Numbered from the stretch's first letter, positions 38,552 through 50,326 are shown. The stretch: DNA of 64,000 bases from Gemmatimonadota bacterium (GCA_040905425.1 JBBDRO010000050.1:68003-132002), one strand, 5' to 3'. Program-made: numbers and translations. Notes: generated by a model from the sequence alone, not told the origin.

Positions 38552-39475
38552 ATGAATGATGCCCGCACCACCCCGGCCGACCGCGCTGACCTGCTGCAGC
38601 CCCACGAGCTGGCCGCACTGGGCGGCATGGAGTTCGTGGCCCGCCGCGTGGTGGAGGGCTTCCTGGCCGGGCTGCACCGCTCCCCGCACCGGGGCTTCTC
38701 GGTGGAGTTCGCCGAGCACCGCATGTACCAGCCGGGGGACGACCTGCGCTACATCGACTGGCGCATGTACGGCCGCTCCGACCGCTACTACATCAAGCAG
38801 TTCGAGGAGGAGACCAACCTCCGCGCCTACCTGCTGGTGGACGCCAGCGCCTCCATGGCGTGGTCCTCCGATCCGGGCCGGCTGCCGCCCAAACTGTGGT
38901 ACGCCAAGCAGCTGGCCGCGTGCATGGCGCTCCTGCTGCTGCGCCAGGGGGACGCCGTGGGGGCCGTGGCCTTCGCGGAGCGGACGACGGCCGGCATTGC
39001 ACCGCGCGGCGGGCGGCGCCACTGGCACCAGGTGCTGCGCGCGCTGGAGCCGCTGGAGGCCACGGGCGGTACGGACGCGGGCACGGCGCTGCGCGACATC
39101 GCGGGCCGCCTCACGCGGCGCGGGCTCGTGATCCTCTTTTCCGACCTGCTGGTGGACCCGGAGAGCACCCGCCTGGCGCTCCGCTTCCTGCGCCACCGCG
39201 GCCACGAGGTGCTGGTCTTCCACCTGCTGGATCCCGGAGAGCGGGAGCTGCCGGGCGTGGGCGACGCCCGCTTCGTGGACCCCGAGACGGGCGAGGAGCT
39301 GCCGGTGAGCGTGGCCGACCTGCGCGGCGAGTACCGGGACGCCGTGGACGCGGCGCTGGAAGAATGGCGGCGCACGCTGGCGCCCCAGGGGATCGACTAC
39401 GTCGTGAGCGCCACGGACGCCCCCATGGCGGACGCGCTCCGGGCCTACCTGGCCAAGCGCGAGCGGCTGGGATGA
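38552..39475 (+). CDS. DUF58 domain protein (MoxR-associated, vWA-like)
   Basis: FSVEFAEHRMYQPGDDLRYIDWRMYGRSDRYYIKQFEEETNLRAYLLVDASASM is the DUF58 signature. Confidence 0.88.
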   Translation: MNDARTTPADRADLLQPHELAALGGMEFVARRVVEGFLAGLHRSPHRGFSVEFAEHRMYQPGDDLRYIDWRMYGRSDRYYIKQFEEETNLRAYLLVDASASMAWSSDPGRLPPKLWYAKQLAACMALLLLRQGDAVGAVAFAERTTAGIAPRGGRRHWHQVLRALEPLEATGGTDAGTALRDIAGRLTRRGLVILFSDLLVDPESTRLALRFLRHRGHEVLVFHLLDPGERELPGVGDARFVDPETGEELPVSVADLRGEYRDAVDAALEEWRRTLAPQGIDYVVSATDAPMADALRAYLAKRERLG

Positions 39476-39488
39476 AGCGGAGGACGCC

Positions 39489-41459
39489 ATGGGCGTAGTG
39501 ACCCCCCTCTTCCTGCTGCTGGGCGCCGCGGCCGCCGTACCGCTGGTGCTCCACCTGCTGCAGCGCCACCAGGGGCCCCGCCTGGTCTTTCCCGCGCTCC
39601 GCTACCTGCGCCGGGCGGAGCGCGAGAGCGCGCGCCGCGTACGCCTGCGCCAGCTGCTGCTGCTGCTGCTGCGCATGGCCGTGGTGCTGCTCCTGGCGGC
39701 GGCCGCGGCGCGGCCCTTCCTGCGCGCCGCGGGCGACGCGCACGAGCCGACCGCGCTGGTCATCGTGCTGGACAACTCCATGAGCACGGGTGCGGTGCAC
39801 GGCGAGCAGCGGGTGCTCGACGTGCTGAAGGAGCGGGCGCTGGAGACGGTGGCGCGGGTGGCGCCGGGGGACCGCCTGTGGCTGCTCCGCGCGGGCGCGC
39901 CCTGGGAACCGGCCCTAACCGCGGATGCGGCCACGCTGGCCGACGCCATCCGGCAGACGGAGGCCACGGCGGCCGCGGCCGATCTGGGCGCCGCGCTGGA
40001 GCGCGCGGCCACGCTGGTGGCGGCCGGCGCCGAGGGCCGCGCGCCCGAGATCCACCTGCTCTCCGACCTGCAGGCCACGGCGCTGCCGCGCGCCCTGGCG
40101 GCCACGGCCGCGGTGCCCGTGGTGGTGTGGCTGCCCGTCGATGACCCGCCACCCAATGCCTGGGTGAGCGCCACCATCATCGGGGGCGGCCTGCCGCCGC
40201 TGGCGGGGCGGCGCAGCACGGCCACCGTGGAGGTGGCCGGTGACCGGGCCGGGGACTCCGTGGCCGTGCGGCTGGCGCTCGACGGCGCCATCGTGGCCGC
40301 GGGCACGGCCGCGCCCGGGGCCGCGGCGGTGCTGCCCTTCCCCGCCCGCCCCGCGGGGACGCTCACCGGCCACGCGGAGATCGACCCCGACGCGCTGCGC
40401 GCGGACGACCGCCGCCACTTCGCGCTGCGCGTGGAGCCACCGCCCACCGTGGCACTGACGGGCCAGGCGCCCTTCGTGGAGGAGGCGCTGCAGGTGCTGG
40501 AGGAGGCCGGACGGCTGCGCCGCGTGGGCAGCGTGGCGGCCGCGGACGTGGCGCTCCATGCCGGCGGGGAGGGGCTGGCGGCGGGACGCGCGCTGGCCAT
40601 CGTGCTGCCCCCGGCCTCGGCCGTGGCCCTGCCCGCGCTCGAGCGGCGCCTGGCAGCGGCGGGCGTAGCCTGGCGCTACGACCCGCCCGAGGGCGGTGGA
40701 GAGGCGGCCTTCGCACCTGCGGAGGGCAGCCCCGACGAGCTGGCCGCCACGCTGGCCGAGGCGCGCGTGCGCACGGCCTATGGACTGCGCGCGCCGGCGG
40801 CGCCGACGGCCGGGGACAGCGTGCTGGTGGCGCTGGCCGACGGCCGCCCGTGGGCAGTACGCACCACCCGCACGGGTGGTGGTCCCACGCTGCTGCTGGC
40901 GTCGCCGCTGGACGAGGCCGCCACCACCCTGCCCACCTCGGCCGCCATGCTGCCGCTGCTGGACCGCCTGCTGGCCGCGCGCCGGGTGGCCGCGCCGGTT
41001 GCGGCGGTGGCGCCCGGAGTGGAGGTGCCACTGCCCGCGGCGGCCGACGCCGTGCTGCTGCCCGACGGCACCCGCGAGGCGGTGGGCGGGGGCACCCGCT
41101 GGGGCGGCGCCGTGGCCCCGGGCGCCTACCGCATCCTGGCCGGCGACTCGGTGCTGGGGGCGGTGGCCGTCAATCCCGACCCCGCGGAGTCGGAGCTGGC
41201 GCGCCTGGACCGGGACGGCCTGGCCGCCGGCCTGCCGGGCTGGGAGCTGCACACCACGTCCTCGGCGGGCGGCTGGCGGCGCGCGGTCTTCCAGCGCCGG
41301 CTGGGCAGCGAGCTGTGGCGCTGGGCGCTGGCGGCCGTGCTGGTCCTGCTGGTGGTGGAGAGTCTTGTGGCCGCGTCCGCCGGGGGGGCACGGCGGCACC
41401 AGGGCGGGTCCGGCGGGGAGCCGGCGCCCACCGCGCAGCCGGCGGCCGCGGATGCATGA
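39489..41459 (+). CDS. BatA-N-terminal-domain (aerotolerance-operon-like) membrane protein
   Basis: The N-terminus PLFLLLGAAAAVPLVLHLLQRHQGPRLVFPALRYL followed by a second TM matches the BatA_N pattern. The extracytoplasmic region is long and Ala-rich, and there is a C-terminal TM. Confidence 0.7.
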   Translation: MGVVTPLFLLLGAAAAVPLVLHLLQRHQGPRLVFPALRYLRRAERESARRVRLRQLLLLLLRMAVVLLLAAAAARPFLRAAGDAHEPTALVIVLDNSMSTGAVHGEQRVLDVLKERALETVARVAPGDRLWLLRAGAPWEPALTADAATLADAIRQTEATAAAADLGAALERAATLVAAGAEGRAPEIHLLSDLQATALPRALAATAAVPVVVWLPVDDPPPNAWVSATIIGGGLPPLAGRRSTATVEVAGDRAGDSVAVRLALDGAIVAAGTAAPGAAAVLPFPARPAGTLTGHAEIDPDALRADDRRHFALRVEPPPTVALTGQAPFVEEALQVLEEAGRLRRVGSVAAADVALHAGGEGLAAGRALAIVLPPASAVALPALERRLAAAGVAWRYDPPEGGGEAAFAPAEGSPDELAATLAEARVRTAYGLRAPAAPTAGDSVLVALADGRPWAVRTTRTGGGPTLLLASPLDEAATTLPTSAAMLPLLDRLLAARRVAAPVAAVAPGVEVPLPAAADAVLLPDGTREAVGGGTRWGGAVAPGAYRILAGDSVLGAVAVNPDPAESELARLDRDGLAAGLPGWELHTTSSAGGWRRAVFQRRLGSELWRWALAAVLVLLVVESLVAASAGGARRHQGGSGGEPAPTAQPAAADA

Positions 41460-44400
41460 CGCACTGATCGAAGCGCTCACGCGCCAGCCATCGTTCACGG
41501 ACACGCTCGAGGCGCTCCCCGCGCCGGGCGGTACGCTGGAGGTGGGCGGGCTGCCGGGTTCGGGGCCGGCGCTCCTGGTGGCCGCGCTCACCCGCGCCCT
41601 GCCCGGCCGCCTGTGGGTGGTGGTGGCGCACACGCCGGCCAGCGCCGAGGCCGCCGAGGCCGACCTGCAGGCGCTCCTGGGGCCCGACGCGGCCGCCCTC
41701 TATCCGCAGCGCGAGACGCTCCCCTACGAGGCCGCCGAGCACCACGTGGAGGTGAGCGGGCTCCGGGTGGAGGCGCTGGAGGCGCTGCTGGCGGGCCGGG
41801 TGCGCGTGCTCGTCACCACGCTCCGGGCGCTGCAGGAGCTGGCCGAGATCCCCTCCGGTCTGGCGGAGTTGCGGCTGCGCATGGCGGTGGGCCAGGAGGT
41901 CAAGCCCACGGACCTGGCCGAGCGGCTGGAGGGCATGGGCTTCGAGCGCGTGCCGATGGTGGAGGGCGTGGGGGAGTATGCGCTGCGCGGCGGCATCGTG
42001 GACCTCTTCGGCTTCGGCGCCCCCGAGCCGGTGCGCCTGGAATTCTGGGGTGACGAGGTGGTCTCCATCCGCCACTTCGACGTCCTGGACCAGCGCTCCA
42101 CGGGGGAGCTGGAGGACATCGACGTGCTGCCGGTGGATCTGCGCGCCGCCGCGGAGGCCGACGAGACCGTGCCCACGCGCCGCTCGCTGCTGGACGTGGT
42201 CTCGCGCGACGCCGTGCTGGTGGAGCTGGACGCGGGGCGCGAGGAGGAGGAGTTCCGCCACACCTGGGATCAGGTCCTGCACCTGCACGAGGCCGCCCAT
42301 CGCCGGGGCGCCGAGCCGGAGCCGCCGCACTCCCTCTTCCTGCCCACCGACGCCGCCATGACGCGCCTGGGCGCCCTCGGCCGCATCCGCATGGTCGAGC
42401 CGGCCGGGGCGGCCGTGCGCTTCGACGCGCGTGAGCCAGAGGCCATCGAGCGGGACATGGACACGCTGGCGGCGCTGCTGCGCACGGGCGCGGCGCGCGG
42501 CGAGCAGAGCTGGATCCTGTGTGACAACCCGGGGCAGCTCGAGCGGCTGGAGGAGCTGGTCGGCGACCGCGCGCAGCGCCTGCCGGAGGGCACCCGGCTG
42601 GCGCTCGGCGCCCTCGCCGGCGGCCTGGTGCTGGAGGGGGCCGAGCCGCCGGTGCGCATCCTCACCGACCACGAGATCTTCCGGCGCGAGCGCCGCCTGC
42701 GGCGCGGCCGTCGCTTCCGGGGCGCCGTGGCGCTGGAGAGCCTGGCCCAGCTCCGCCCCGGCGATTTCGTGGTGCACATGGACCACGGCGTGGGGCGCTT
42801 CCTGGGGCTGGAGCACGTGCGCGTGCTGGACGAGGAGATCGAGGCGCTGGCCATCGAGTACGCCAACGGTGAGAAGCTGCGCGTACCCGTCTACCGGGTG
42901 GACCTCATTGAGCGCTGGGTGGCCGACCGGGAGGGCGCCGCCACGCCCAAGCTGCACAAGATCGGCGGGCGCACGTGGAAGAGCCTCAAGCGGAAGACGG
43001 AAGCCTCCATCCGCGAGATGGCCACCAAGCTCCTGGAGCTCTACGCCCGGCGCAATCTGGCCGAGCGCGAGCCGCTGCCGCCCGACACGCGCTGGCAGAT
43101 GGAGATGGAGTCCAGCTTCCTCTACGAGGACACGCCCGACCAGCGCGCCGCCACCGCGGACGTGAAGCGGGACATGGAGTCCCCCCGACCCATGGACCGC
43201 CTGCTTTGCGGCGACGTGGGCTACGGCAAGACGGAGGTGGCCATCCGCGCCGCCTTCAAGGCCGTGCAGGACGGCCGCCAGGTGGCCGTGCTGGCGCCCA
43301 CCACCATCCTGGTGGAGCAGCACCTGCACACCTTCCGCGACCGGCTGGCGGGCTACCCGGTGCGCATCGAGGCGCTGTCCCGCTTCCACGGCGGGCGCGA
43401 GCAGGAGGACGTGCTGGCCGCCGTGGCCGCCGGGGAGGTGGATATCCTCATCGGCACGCACCGCATCCTCTCCGGGGACATTGTCTTCAAGCGCCTGGGG
43501 CTGGTGGTGGTGGACGAGGAGCAGCGCTTCGGGGTGAAGCAGAAGGAGCGCTTCGCCGAGCTCAAGACGGACGTGGACGTGCTCTCGCTCACGGCCACGC
43601 CCATCCCGCGCACGCTGCACCTCTCGCTCACCGGCCTGCGCGACCTCTCCCTGCTGCAGACGCCGCCGCGCGACCGCATGCCCGTCCTCACGCACGTCAT
43701 CCCGTGGGTGGACGAGGTGCTCGAGGACGCCATGCGGCGCGAGCTGGACCGCGGCGGCCAGGTCTTCGTGGTGCACAATCGCATCGAGTCCATCGGTGCG
43801 GTGGCGGAGCGCGTGCGGCGGCTGGTGCCCGAGGCGCGGGCGGTGGTGGCGCACGGACAGCTGCCGGCGCACACGCTGGACGAGGTCATGCGCACTTTCC
43901 TGGACCGCGAGGCGCAGGTGCTCGTGACCACCGCCATCATCGAGAACGGCCTGGACGTGCCCACCGCCAACACGCTCATCGTGGATCGGGCCGACATGTT
44001 CGGCCTGGCCCAGCTCTACCAGATCCGCGGGCGCGTGGGCCGCTCCCATCACCGCGCCTACTGCTACCTGGTGACGCCGCCGAACGTCACCGATGAGGCG
44101 GAAAAGCGCCTGCGCATCCTGGAGCATTTCACGGAGCTGGGCAGCGGCTACGCGGTGGCGCTCAAGGACCTGGAGCTGCGCGGCGCGGGCAACATCCTGG
44201 GCGCGGAGCAGTCGGGCTTCGTGCACGCCGTGGGGCTGGACACGTACACGCGCCTGCTGGCGGAGACCATCAAGCACCTGCAGGCGGGTGAGGCGGAGGA
44301 GCTCGTGCCCACGGACGTCTCGCTGGAGGGCGCGGCCTACCTGCCCGACGGCTACGTGGCGGAGAGCTCGCAGAAGCTCCACCTCTACCGGCGCCTCTCA

Positions 44401-44760
44401 CGGGTGGAGGACGCCGCCGAGGTGGGGGCGCTCGCGGAGGAGGTGCGGGACCGCTACGGCGCGCCGCCCGCCGAGGTGGACCGGCTCTTCGGCGGGGCCA
44501 GCCTGCGCGTGCTCGGCACGCATCTGGGCGTGGAGCGGGTGCTGGTTCGAGGCGACAGTGCCCGCGTCACCTTCCGCGCGGGTGCCTCACCCCGGCTGGC
44601 CGTGCTGCAGAGTGCGCTGCACGACCGCCAGGTGGAGGTGGAGATCAAGCGCACCACCCCGCTCTCCATCGTGGTCCGCCGGCGCGGCGCCCACGAGCTG
44701 GTGCCCACCCTGGTGGCCGCCTTCGAACTGCTCCTTGGGGAGCGCGCGCGGGCCGCCTGA
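41452..44760 (+). CDS. mfd: transcription-repair coupling factor
   Basis: Internal ATG at 41452 of ORF 40696..44760, overlapping the upstream stop by 8 nt. Motifs: [54 protein letters not shown]. Confidence 0.93.
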   Translation: MHDALIEALTRQPSFTDTLEALPAPGGTLEVGGLPGSGPALLVAALTRALPGRLWVVVAHTPASAEAAEADLQALLGPDAAALYPQRETLPYEAAEHHVEVSGLRVEALEALLAGRVRVLVTTLRALQELAEIPSGLAELRLRMAVGQEVKPTDLAERLEGMGFERVPMVEGVGEYALRGGIVDLFGFGAPEPVRLEFWGDEVVSIRHFDVLDQRSTGELEDIDVLPVDLRAAAEADETVPTRRSLLDVVSRDAVLVELDAGREEEEFRHTWDQVLHLHEAAHRRGAEPEPPHSLFLPTDAAMTRLGALGRIRMVEPAGAAVRFDAREPEAIERDMDTLAALLRTGAARGEQSWILCDNPGQLERLEELVGDRAQRLPEGTRLALGALAGGLVLEGAEPPVRILTDHEIFRRERRLRRGRRFRGAVALESLAQLRPGDFVVHMDHGVGRFLGLEHVRVLDEEIEALAIEYANGEKLRVPVYRVDLIERWVADREGAATPKLHKIGGRTWKSLKRKTEASIREMATKLLELYARRNLAEREPLPPDTRWQMEMESSFLYEDTPDQRAATADVKRDMESPRPMDRLLCGDVGYGKTEVAIRAAFKAVQDGRQVAVLAPTTILVEQHLHTFRDRLAGYPVRIEALSRFHGGREQEDVLAAVAAGEVDILIGTHRILSGDIVFKRLGLVVVDEEQRFGVKQKERFAELKTDVDVLSLTATPIPRTLHLSLTGLRDLSLLQTPPRDRMPVLTHVIPWVDEVLEDAMRRELDRGGQVFVVHNRIESIGAVAERVRRLVPEARAVVAHGQLPAHTLDEVMRTFLDREAQVLVTTAIIENGLDVPTANTLIVDRADMFGLAQLYQIRGRVGRSHHRAYCYLVTPPNVTDEAEKRLRILEHFTELGSGYAVALKDLELRGAGNILGAEQSGFVHAVGLDTYTRLLAETIKHLQAGEAEELVPTDVSLEGAAYLPDGYVAESSQKLHLYRRLSRVEDAAEVGALAEEVRDRYGAPPAEVDRLFGGASLRVLGTHLGVERVLVRGDSARVTFRAGASPRLAVLQSALHDRQVEVEIKRTTPLSIVVRRRGAHELVPTLVAAFELLLGERARAA

Positions 44761-44813
44761 GCGCACCGCGCGGCCGGCGGCGCGGGTAGCGGATCGGCCA
44801 CGCCGCCGTTACG

Positions 44814-44842
44814 TTGCAAGGTCTCGGCCCCGAACGTATTTC
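44814..44842 (+). promoter_or_regulatory. candidate sigma-70-type promoter upstream of the PPIase gene
   Basis: TTGCAA (44814-44819), a 17-nt spacer, then TATTTC (44837-44842), 34 nt before the ATG at 44876. This is a consensus match only. Confidence 0.25.
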
Positions 44843-44875
44843 GGCCGATCCGGTACCAGTCAAGGAGATATCTGG

Positions 44876-46357
44876 ATGACCAAGTGGGTCCCCCTCTGCG
44901 CGCTCGCCATCGTGCTTACGCTGACGGGCTGTGAGGGATTCAGCCAGGCCATGAGATCGAGTTCCAACCTGCTGGCCCGCGCGGGCGGGCACGAACTCAC
45001 AGTGGACCGCGCCGCCGAACTGATCGCGCCGCACACCAACATCCCGGCCCAGCCCGAGGTGGTGCAGGCCGTGGCGGATCTGTGGGTGGACTACATCCTC
45101 GTGGCCTCCCAGGTGGCCCGGGACTCGACCCTCACCGCCATGGACCTGGACGCCATCGTCCGGCCCACGGTGGACAGCGAGATGGTGTGGAACCTCCGCG
45201 AGCAGGTGATCAACGTGGACAGCGTCATCCCCGAGGACGAGCTCCGGGCCATGTACGAGGCCGACTCACCGGGCGGTGAGGTGCGCGCCCGGCACATCCT
45301 CTTCCGCATTGCCGCGGACGCCACGCCCGCGGTGCGGGACAGCATTCAGGCAGTGGCCGCACAGGTGCGCGAGCGCGCCGCGGCGGGGGAGGACTTCGCC
45401 GAGCTGGCCAGCACCTACAGTGAGGACGGTACCGCGCAGCAGGGCGGCGACCTGGGCTTCTTCGGGCGCGGCCAGATGATGGCGCCGTTCGAGGAGGCGG
45501 CGTTCGCCCTGGAGTCCGGTGAGGTGAGCCCCGAGCTGGTGCAGACGCCCGTTGGCCTGCACATCATCAAGGTGGAGGAGCGCCGTTCCCCGGACTTCGA
45601 GGAGGTGCGCGCCGACTACATGCGCGGCAAGCTGACGGAGCTGGCCCAGAAGGCCGAGGAGGCCTACATCACCCAGCTCACCGACACCATGGACGTGGAG
45701 GTGCAGGAAGGCGCCGCCGAGCTGGCCAAGGAACTGGCCACCCGCACCGACGCCTCGCTGGGCCGGCGCGCCGGGGCCCGCCCCCTCGTGACCTACGCCG
45801 GCGGCGCGCTCACCGCCGCGGAGTTCCAGCAGATCCTGCGCGCCTCGGTGAACATCCGCCAGCAACTGCCCCAGGCGCCCGAGGAGGAGATCAATGCCTA
45901 CCTGCTCGGCCTGGCCCGCCACGAGATCCTCATCCTGGAGGCGCGCAACCAGGGGCTGGAGCCCACGGAGGTGGAAGTGGACTCGCTGCGCGAGGAGTCG
46001 CGCGGACTCATCCTGGACGCGCTGCGCCAGGGCGGTCTCACGGACATCACCCCGCAGGAGGGCGAGTCCATGGATGACGCCGTGGAGCGCAAGGTGATGA
46101 CCCTGCTGGAGGGGATCCTGAGCGGCCAGCAGAACCTCATTCCCCTGGGCCCGGTGACCTTTGCCCTGCGCGACGAGGGCCGCGCCGAGATCTTCGAGAG
46201 CGCCATCCCCACCGTGGTGGAGCAGATCGAGGAGCTCAGGCCGGGTGACGTGCAGCCGCAGATCGCGCCGGGCGTACAGCCGCCCACGGGCGGGAACCAG
46301 CCCCCGCCCACGGGCGGCACCCCGCCCCCGCCGACCACCGGTGGCGGGGACCGCTAG
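44876..46357 (+). CDS. parvulin-type peptidyl-prolyl isomerase lipoprotein (SurA/PrsA-like)
   Basis: Internal ATG at 44876 with AAGGAG upstream. Lipobox LTLTGC. Rotamase domain ARHILFRI...[21 protein letters not shown]...VGLHIIKV. Pro/Gly/Thr-rich C-terminal tail. Confidence 0.85.
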   Translation: MTKWVPLCALAIVLTLTGCEGFSQAMRSSSNLLARAGGHELTVDRAAELIAPHTNIPAQPEVVQAVADLWVDYILVASQVARDSTLTAMDLDAIVRPTVDSEMVWNLREQVINVDSVIPEDELRAMYEADSPGGEVRARHILFRIAADATPAVRDSIQAVAAQVRERAAAGEDFAELASTYSEDGTAQQGGDLGFFGRGQMMAPFEEAAFALESGEVSPELVQTPVGLHIIKVEERRSPDFEEVRADYMRGKLTELAQKAEEAYITQLTDTMDVEVQEGAAELAKELATRTDASLGRRAGARPLVTYAGGALTAAEFQQILRASVNIRQQLPQAPEEEINAYLLGLARHEILILEARNQGLEPTEVEVDSLREESRGLILDALRQGGLTDITPQEGESMDDAVERKVMTLLEGILSGQQNLIPLGPVTFALRDEGRAEIFESAIPTVVEQIEELRPGDVQPQIAPGVQPPTGGNQPPPTGGTPPPPTTGGGDR

Positions 46358-46393
46358 GGCGGCAGGAACCCGTCCTTTGCCCGGGGTATAACG

Positions 46394-46422
46394 AAGGGGC
46401 CGGCGCCACGCGTCGGCCCCTT
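46394..46422 (+). terminator. GC-rich hairpin after the first PPIase gene (weak terminator candidate)
   Basis: AAGGGGCCG (46394-46402) pairs with CGGCCCCTT (46414-46422) across an 11-nt loop. No clear U-tract follows. Confidence 0.3.
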
Positions 46423-46472
46423 CCTGAAGGCGCGTGCGCCGCGCCCCGTCACCCGCAGCCGCACCGAGGAAC

Positions 46473-47795
46473 ATGAGTCACAGGATCCCGCGCACCCCGC
46501 TCCTGGCGTTCGCCGTGCTGGCCGCGCTTGCAGCCCCCGCAGGCGCCCAGCAGCCCGTGGCGGACGAACCCGTGGGCCACATCGTGGCCGTGGCGGGAGA
46601 CAGCGCCGTCTTCAACTACGAGCTGGACCTGCGCCTCTTCTCCGCCGCGCAGGAGCTGCCGCCGGAAGGCGCCGAGCGCGACCGGCTCCGGCGCGCCATC
46701 CTGGACCAGATCGTGGACGAGCTGCTGCTGGTGCAGGCGGCGCTGCGGGACACCACCATCTTCGTGGCGGAGGCCGATCTGGCGCGCGAGGCGGACGATT
46801 CGATTGCCGTAGAACAGGCGCGGATGGGCGGGCCGGAGGCGTACCGCCAGGCGCTGGAGCAGGCCGGCTTCACGGTGGAGGGTATCCGCCAGGTACGCAT
46901 CAGCCAGATGCGCAAGACCGAGCTCATCAGCCAGTACCTGGGGCGTATGCGGCAGAGCCGGACACCACCGCCGGTATCCGAGTCGGAGCTGCGCGAGATC
47001 TACCAGGCGGAGCTGGTCGCGGGCCGCATTCCGCCCCGGCCGGCGCGCATCACCTTCGACCACATCGTGATGCCCACGGCGCCGTCCGACACCGCGTGGA
47101 CGCGCGCCCTCGAGGAAGCGCGCACCGTGGTGGCGCAGGCGCGCGCGGGTGAGGACTGGGCCACGCTCGTACGGCGCCATTCCGACGAGGCCGGCGCGGG
47201 CGCGCGCGAGGGGACGCTGGGCTGGTTCCGCCGCGGGGACATGGTGCGTGCCTTCGAACGGGCGGTCTACGATCGCTCACCCCGCCCCGGGGACATCATC
47301 GGACCGGTGGAGAGCCCGTTCGGCCTGCACGTCATCCGCCTGGAGCGGATCCGCGGGCCGGAGCGCCAGGCCAGCCACATCCTCATCCAGCCGACCATCA
47401 CCGACGAGGACCGCGCGCGTGCGCAGGAGAAGGCCAGTGCTGTGACCGACTCGCTGCGCCAGGGGACGCCGCTGAGCGCGCTCCAGGACCGCCACCATGA
47501 CGCTTCCGAGGACCGGCGCCTGGGCCCGTTACCCCGCGACTCCCTGCCCGCCGCCTACGGCACGGCGCTGGCCGGCGCGGACGAGGGGGACGTGGTGGGC
47601 CCGATCCGCGTGGACGACCCGCGCATGGGCACGCGCTGGGTGGTGGCCCGCGTTGTGGACGTGGACGAGGCCGGCCAGTACACCCTGGAGGATCTGCGGC
47701 CGCGCCTGGAGCAGTCGCTGCAGCAGCAGAAGCTCTTCGAGGAGATTGTGGCGGACCTGCGCCGGCGCCTGTACGTGGACATCCGGCTCCGCTGA
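46473..47795 (+). CDS. SurA-like periplasmic chaperone / parvulin PPIase
   Basis: Internal ATG at 46473 after GAGGA. Signal peptide LLAFAVLAALAAPAGAQ. Rotamase domain (GTLGWFRRGDMVRAFERAV...FGLHVIRLE). It is followed by pdxA, as in the classical surA-pdxA arrangement. Confidence 0.8.
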   Translation: MSHRIPRTPLLAFAVLAALAAPAGAQQPVADEPVGHIVAVAGDSAVFNYELDLRLFSAAQELPPEGAERDRLRRAILDQIVDELLLVQAALRDTTIFVAEADLAREADDSIAVEQARMGGPEAYRQALEQAGFTVEGIRQVRISQMRKTELISQYLGRMRQSRTPPPVSESELREIYQAELVAGRIPPRPARITFDHIVMPTAPSDTAWTRALEEARTVVAQARAGEDWATLVRRHSDEAGAGAREGTLGWFRRGDMVRAFERAVYDRSPRPGDIIGPVESPFGLHVIRLERIRGPERQASHILIQPTITDEDRARAQEKASAVTDSLRQGTPLSALQDRHHDASEDRRLGPLPRDSLPAAYGTALAGADEGDVVGPIRVDDPRMGTRWVVARVVDVDEAGQYTLEDLRPRLEQSLQQQKLFEEIVADLRRRLYVDIRLR

Positions 47796-47814
47796 GCCGG
47801 ACGCACGCACCGCC

Positions 47815-48789
47815 ATGCCACGTGTCCGACTGGCGCTGACGCTGGGGGACCCCCGGGGGATCGGCCCGGAGGTGGCCGCCGCAGCCGCCGCCGCGGTGCG
47901 TGACGCCGAGCTGCTGTTCGTGGGCCCGGCAGGCACGGCGGCCGACGGGGCGGGTGTCCCGCTTCACCCCATCGGCCAGTGGCGCGCAGGAGACCCCATC
48001 GCGGCCGCCGGCAGACTGGCCGCCGCCGCCATCCGCACCGCCGCGGAGATGGCGCTGGCGGGCCGGGTGGACGGCATCGTCACGGCGCCCATCGACAAGG
48101 CGGCGCTGCACGCCGGGGGCGCCCGCTGGCCCGGCCACACGGAGATGCTGGCCGAACTGGCCGGTGGCGTGCCCGTGGCCATGATGCTCGCGGCGGAGCA
48201 CACGAGCGCGGGCGGCCCGCTCCGGGTGGTGCTGGCCACCACGCACCTGGCGCTGCGCAACGTGCCCGCCGCGCTGGACGCGGACGCCCTGGTGCGGGCC
48301 GCCTCAATCACGGCCACTGGTCTGCGCGCGGGCTGGGCGATCGCGGAGCCGCGCATTGCGCTGTGCGCGCTCAACCCCCACGCCTCGGACGGCGGCCTCT
48401 TCGGTGACGAGGAGGTGCGCGTCTATCAGCCTGCGCTGGAGCGGCTGGGCGCGGCGGGGATCACCGCGCTGGGCCCCTTTCCGGCCGATACCGTCTTCGT
48501 GCGCGCCATGCGCGGCGAGTTCGACGCCGTGGTGGCGCCCTACCACGACGTGGGTATGGCAGCCTTCAAGACGGCGGCGTTCGGCAGTGGCGTGAACGTC
48601 ACGCTCGGTCTACCGTTCGTGAGGACCTCGCCCGACCACGGGACCGCGCTGGACATCGCGGGCCACGGCACGGCGGATCCGAGCTCCATGATCGAAGCGG
48701 TGCGGCTGGCGGTCCGGCTGGTCGCGCGCGGCCGCGGGGAGGCCGAACCGGCACCCTCCCCGCCTCCCCGTTCCACCGCGCAGGCATGA
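47815..48789 (+). CDS. pdxA: 4-hydroxythreonine-4-phosphate dehydrogenase
   Basis: Internal ATG at 47815 of ORF 47497..48789. Motifs: LTLGDPRGIGPEV, PGHTEMLAEL, LNPHASDGGLFG, APYHDVGMAAFK, RTSPDHGTALDIAG. Confidence 0.9.
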   Translation: MPRVRLALTLGDPRGIGPEVAAAAAAAVRDAELLFVGPAGTAADGAGVPLHPIGQWRAGDPIAAAGRLAAAAIRTAAEMALAGRVDGIVTAPIDKAALHAGGARWPGHTEMLAELAGGVPVAMMLAAEHTSAGGPLRVVLATTHLALRNVPAALDADALVRAASITATGLRAGWAIAEPRIALCALNPHASDGGLFGDEEVRVYQPALERLGAAGITALGPFPADTVFVRAMRGEFDAVVAPYHDVGMAAFKTAAFGSGVNVTLGLPFVRTSPDHGTALDIAGHGTADPSSMIEAVRLAVRLVARGRGEAEPAPSPPPRSTAQA

Positions 48790-49469
48790 TCCGATTCTAC
48801 CACGTCTTCAAGGAGTATCCCCGCACGGGCATGGCGCTCTCGGACGTGACGTTCGAGATCGTCAAGGGGGAATTCTGCTTCCTGACGGGCCACAGCGGCG
48901 CCGGCAAGTCCACCATCATGCGCCTCATCCACATGGCGGAGCGGCCCTCCCGCGGGGACGTACGCGTGAGCGGGTACTCCGGCCTCACCATCCGCCCGCG
49001 TGACGTGTCCATGCTGCGCCGCAAGATCGGCTACGTGTTCCAGGATTTCCGCCTGTTGCAGGATCGCACCGCGGCAGAGAACGTGGCCTTCGCGCTCGAG
49101 GTGACGGGGGCGCGCCGCAACGTCATCCAGTCCAAGGTGGGCCGCCTGCTGGCGCAGGTGGGGCTGGCCGCCAAGTCGGAGGCCTTTCCCGCCGAGCTGT
49201 CGGGCGGCGAGCAGCAGCGCGTGGCCGTGGCCCGGGCGCTGGTGCACGACCCGCTGGTGCTGCTGGCGGACGAGCCCACGGGCAACCTGGACGAGCGCGC
49301 CACGCGCGGCATCTTCGAGCTGTTCCGTGACATCAACGCGTCCGGCACGGCGGTGATCCTGGCCACGCACGACATGGATCTACTGCGGGACAACCCGGCC
49401 ACGCGCATCATCGAGCTGGACCAGGGACACGTTGTCTACGATTCCGCCGCCGACCCCGTGACCTCATGA
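48786..49469 (+). CDS. ftsE: cell division ATP-binding protein FtsE
   Basis: ATGA overlap with pdxA. Walker A GHSGAGKST, ABC signature LSGGEQQRVAVARAL, Walker B LLADEPTGNLD. Confidence 0.9.
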   Translation: MIRFYHVFKEYPRTGMALSDVTFEIVKGEFCFLTGHSGAGKSTIMRLIHMAERPSRGDVRVSGYSGLTIRPRDVSMLRRKIGYVFQDFRLLQDRTAAENVAFALEVTGARRNVIQSKVGRLLAQVGLAAKSEAFPAELSGGEQQRVAVARALVHDPLVLLADEPTGNLDERATRGIFELFRDINASGTAVILATHDMDLLRDNPATRIIELDQGHVVYDSAADPVTS

Positions 49470-50326
49470 TGCCCTACGCCCTGCGCGAAGCCCTGGCCGC
49501 CTTCCAGCGGACGCCGCTCCTGACCGCCCTCTCGGCGGCCATGATCGCGCTCTCCCTCTTCGTGCTCGGGCTGTTCGGCATCGCGGCCTACAACACCCAG
49601 CGCGTCATCCAACGCGTGGAGACCCGCGTGGAGGTGGTGGCCTACCTGCGCGACGACGCCGACGGTGACGCGGTGCGCGCCACCATGCTGGAGCTGGGGC
49701 AGCTGCCGGAGGTGCGCACGGTGCGCTACATCTCCCGGGACAGCGCGCTGCAGATCGCGCGTGCGGAGATCCCGGAATTCGAGCAGGTGTTCGCCGGCCT
49801 GGAATCCAACCCCCTGCCCGCGTCGCTGGAGGTGGCCATGCAGTCCAACCAGCGGGGTCCCGAGGTGGTGGAGGCCATGGCGGAGCGCATCGAGGCCTAC
49901 CCCTTCGTGGAATCCGTGCGCTGGGGCAGCGAATGGCTGGACCGGGTCTTCCTGCTGCGCCGCGTGGCGGGCGCCGCCACGCTCGTGCTGGGGCTGGCCT
50001 TTGCCGTGGTGGCCATGCTGATCATCGCGGCGGCGGTGCGCATGGCCGTCTTCGCGCGCCGCGACGAGATTGCCATCATGCGCCAGGTGGGCGCCACCGA
50101 GGGCTTCGTGCGCCGGCCCTTCCTGCTCGAAGGGCTCCTCACGGGGCTGCTCGGCGCCAGCGCGGCGGTGGGCCTCACCTACGTGGTCTATTGGCTCCTC
50201 TCGGGCGCCGTGTTCGAGCTCGAATGGCTGCCCCCCCTGTGGATTGGCACGGGCGTCCTGGCGGGCGTCCTGCTGGGGGTCCTGGCCAGCGCCGCGGCGG
50301 TACGCCGCCATGTACGTCATGTATAA
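49466..50326 (+). CDS. ftsX: cell division permease-like protein FtsX
   Basis: ATGA overlap with ftsE. Four TM segments with a periplasmic loop, and EIAIMRQVGATEGFVRRPFLLEG. Confidence 0.85.
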   Translation: MMPYALREALAAFQRTPLLTALSAAMIALSLFVLGLFGIAAYNTQRVIQRVETRVEVVAYLRDDADGDAVRATMLELGQLPEVRTVRYISRDSALQIARAEIPEFEQVFAGLESNPLPASLEVAMQSNQRGPEVVEAMAERIEAYPFVESVRWGSEWLDRVFLLRRVAGAATLVLGLAFAVVAMLIIAAAVRMAVFARRDEIAIMRQVGATEGFVRRPFLLEGLLTGLLGASAAVGLTYVVYWLLSGAVFELEWLPPLWIGTGVLAGVLLGVLASAAAVRRHVRHV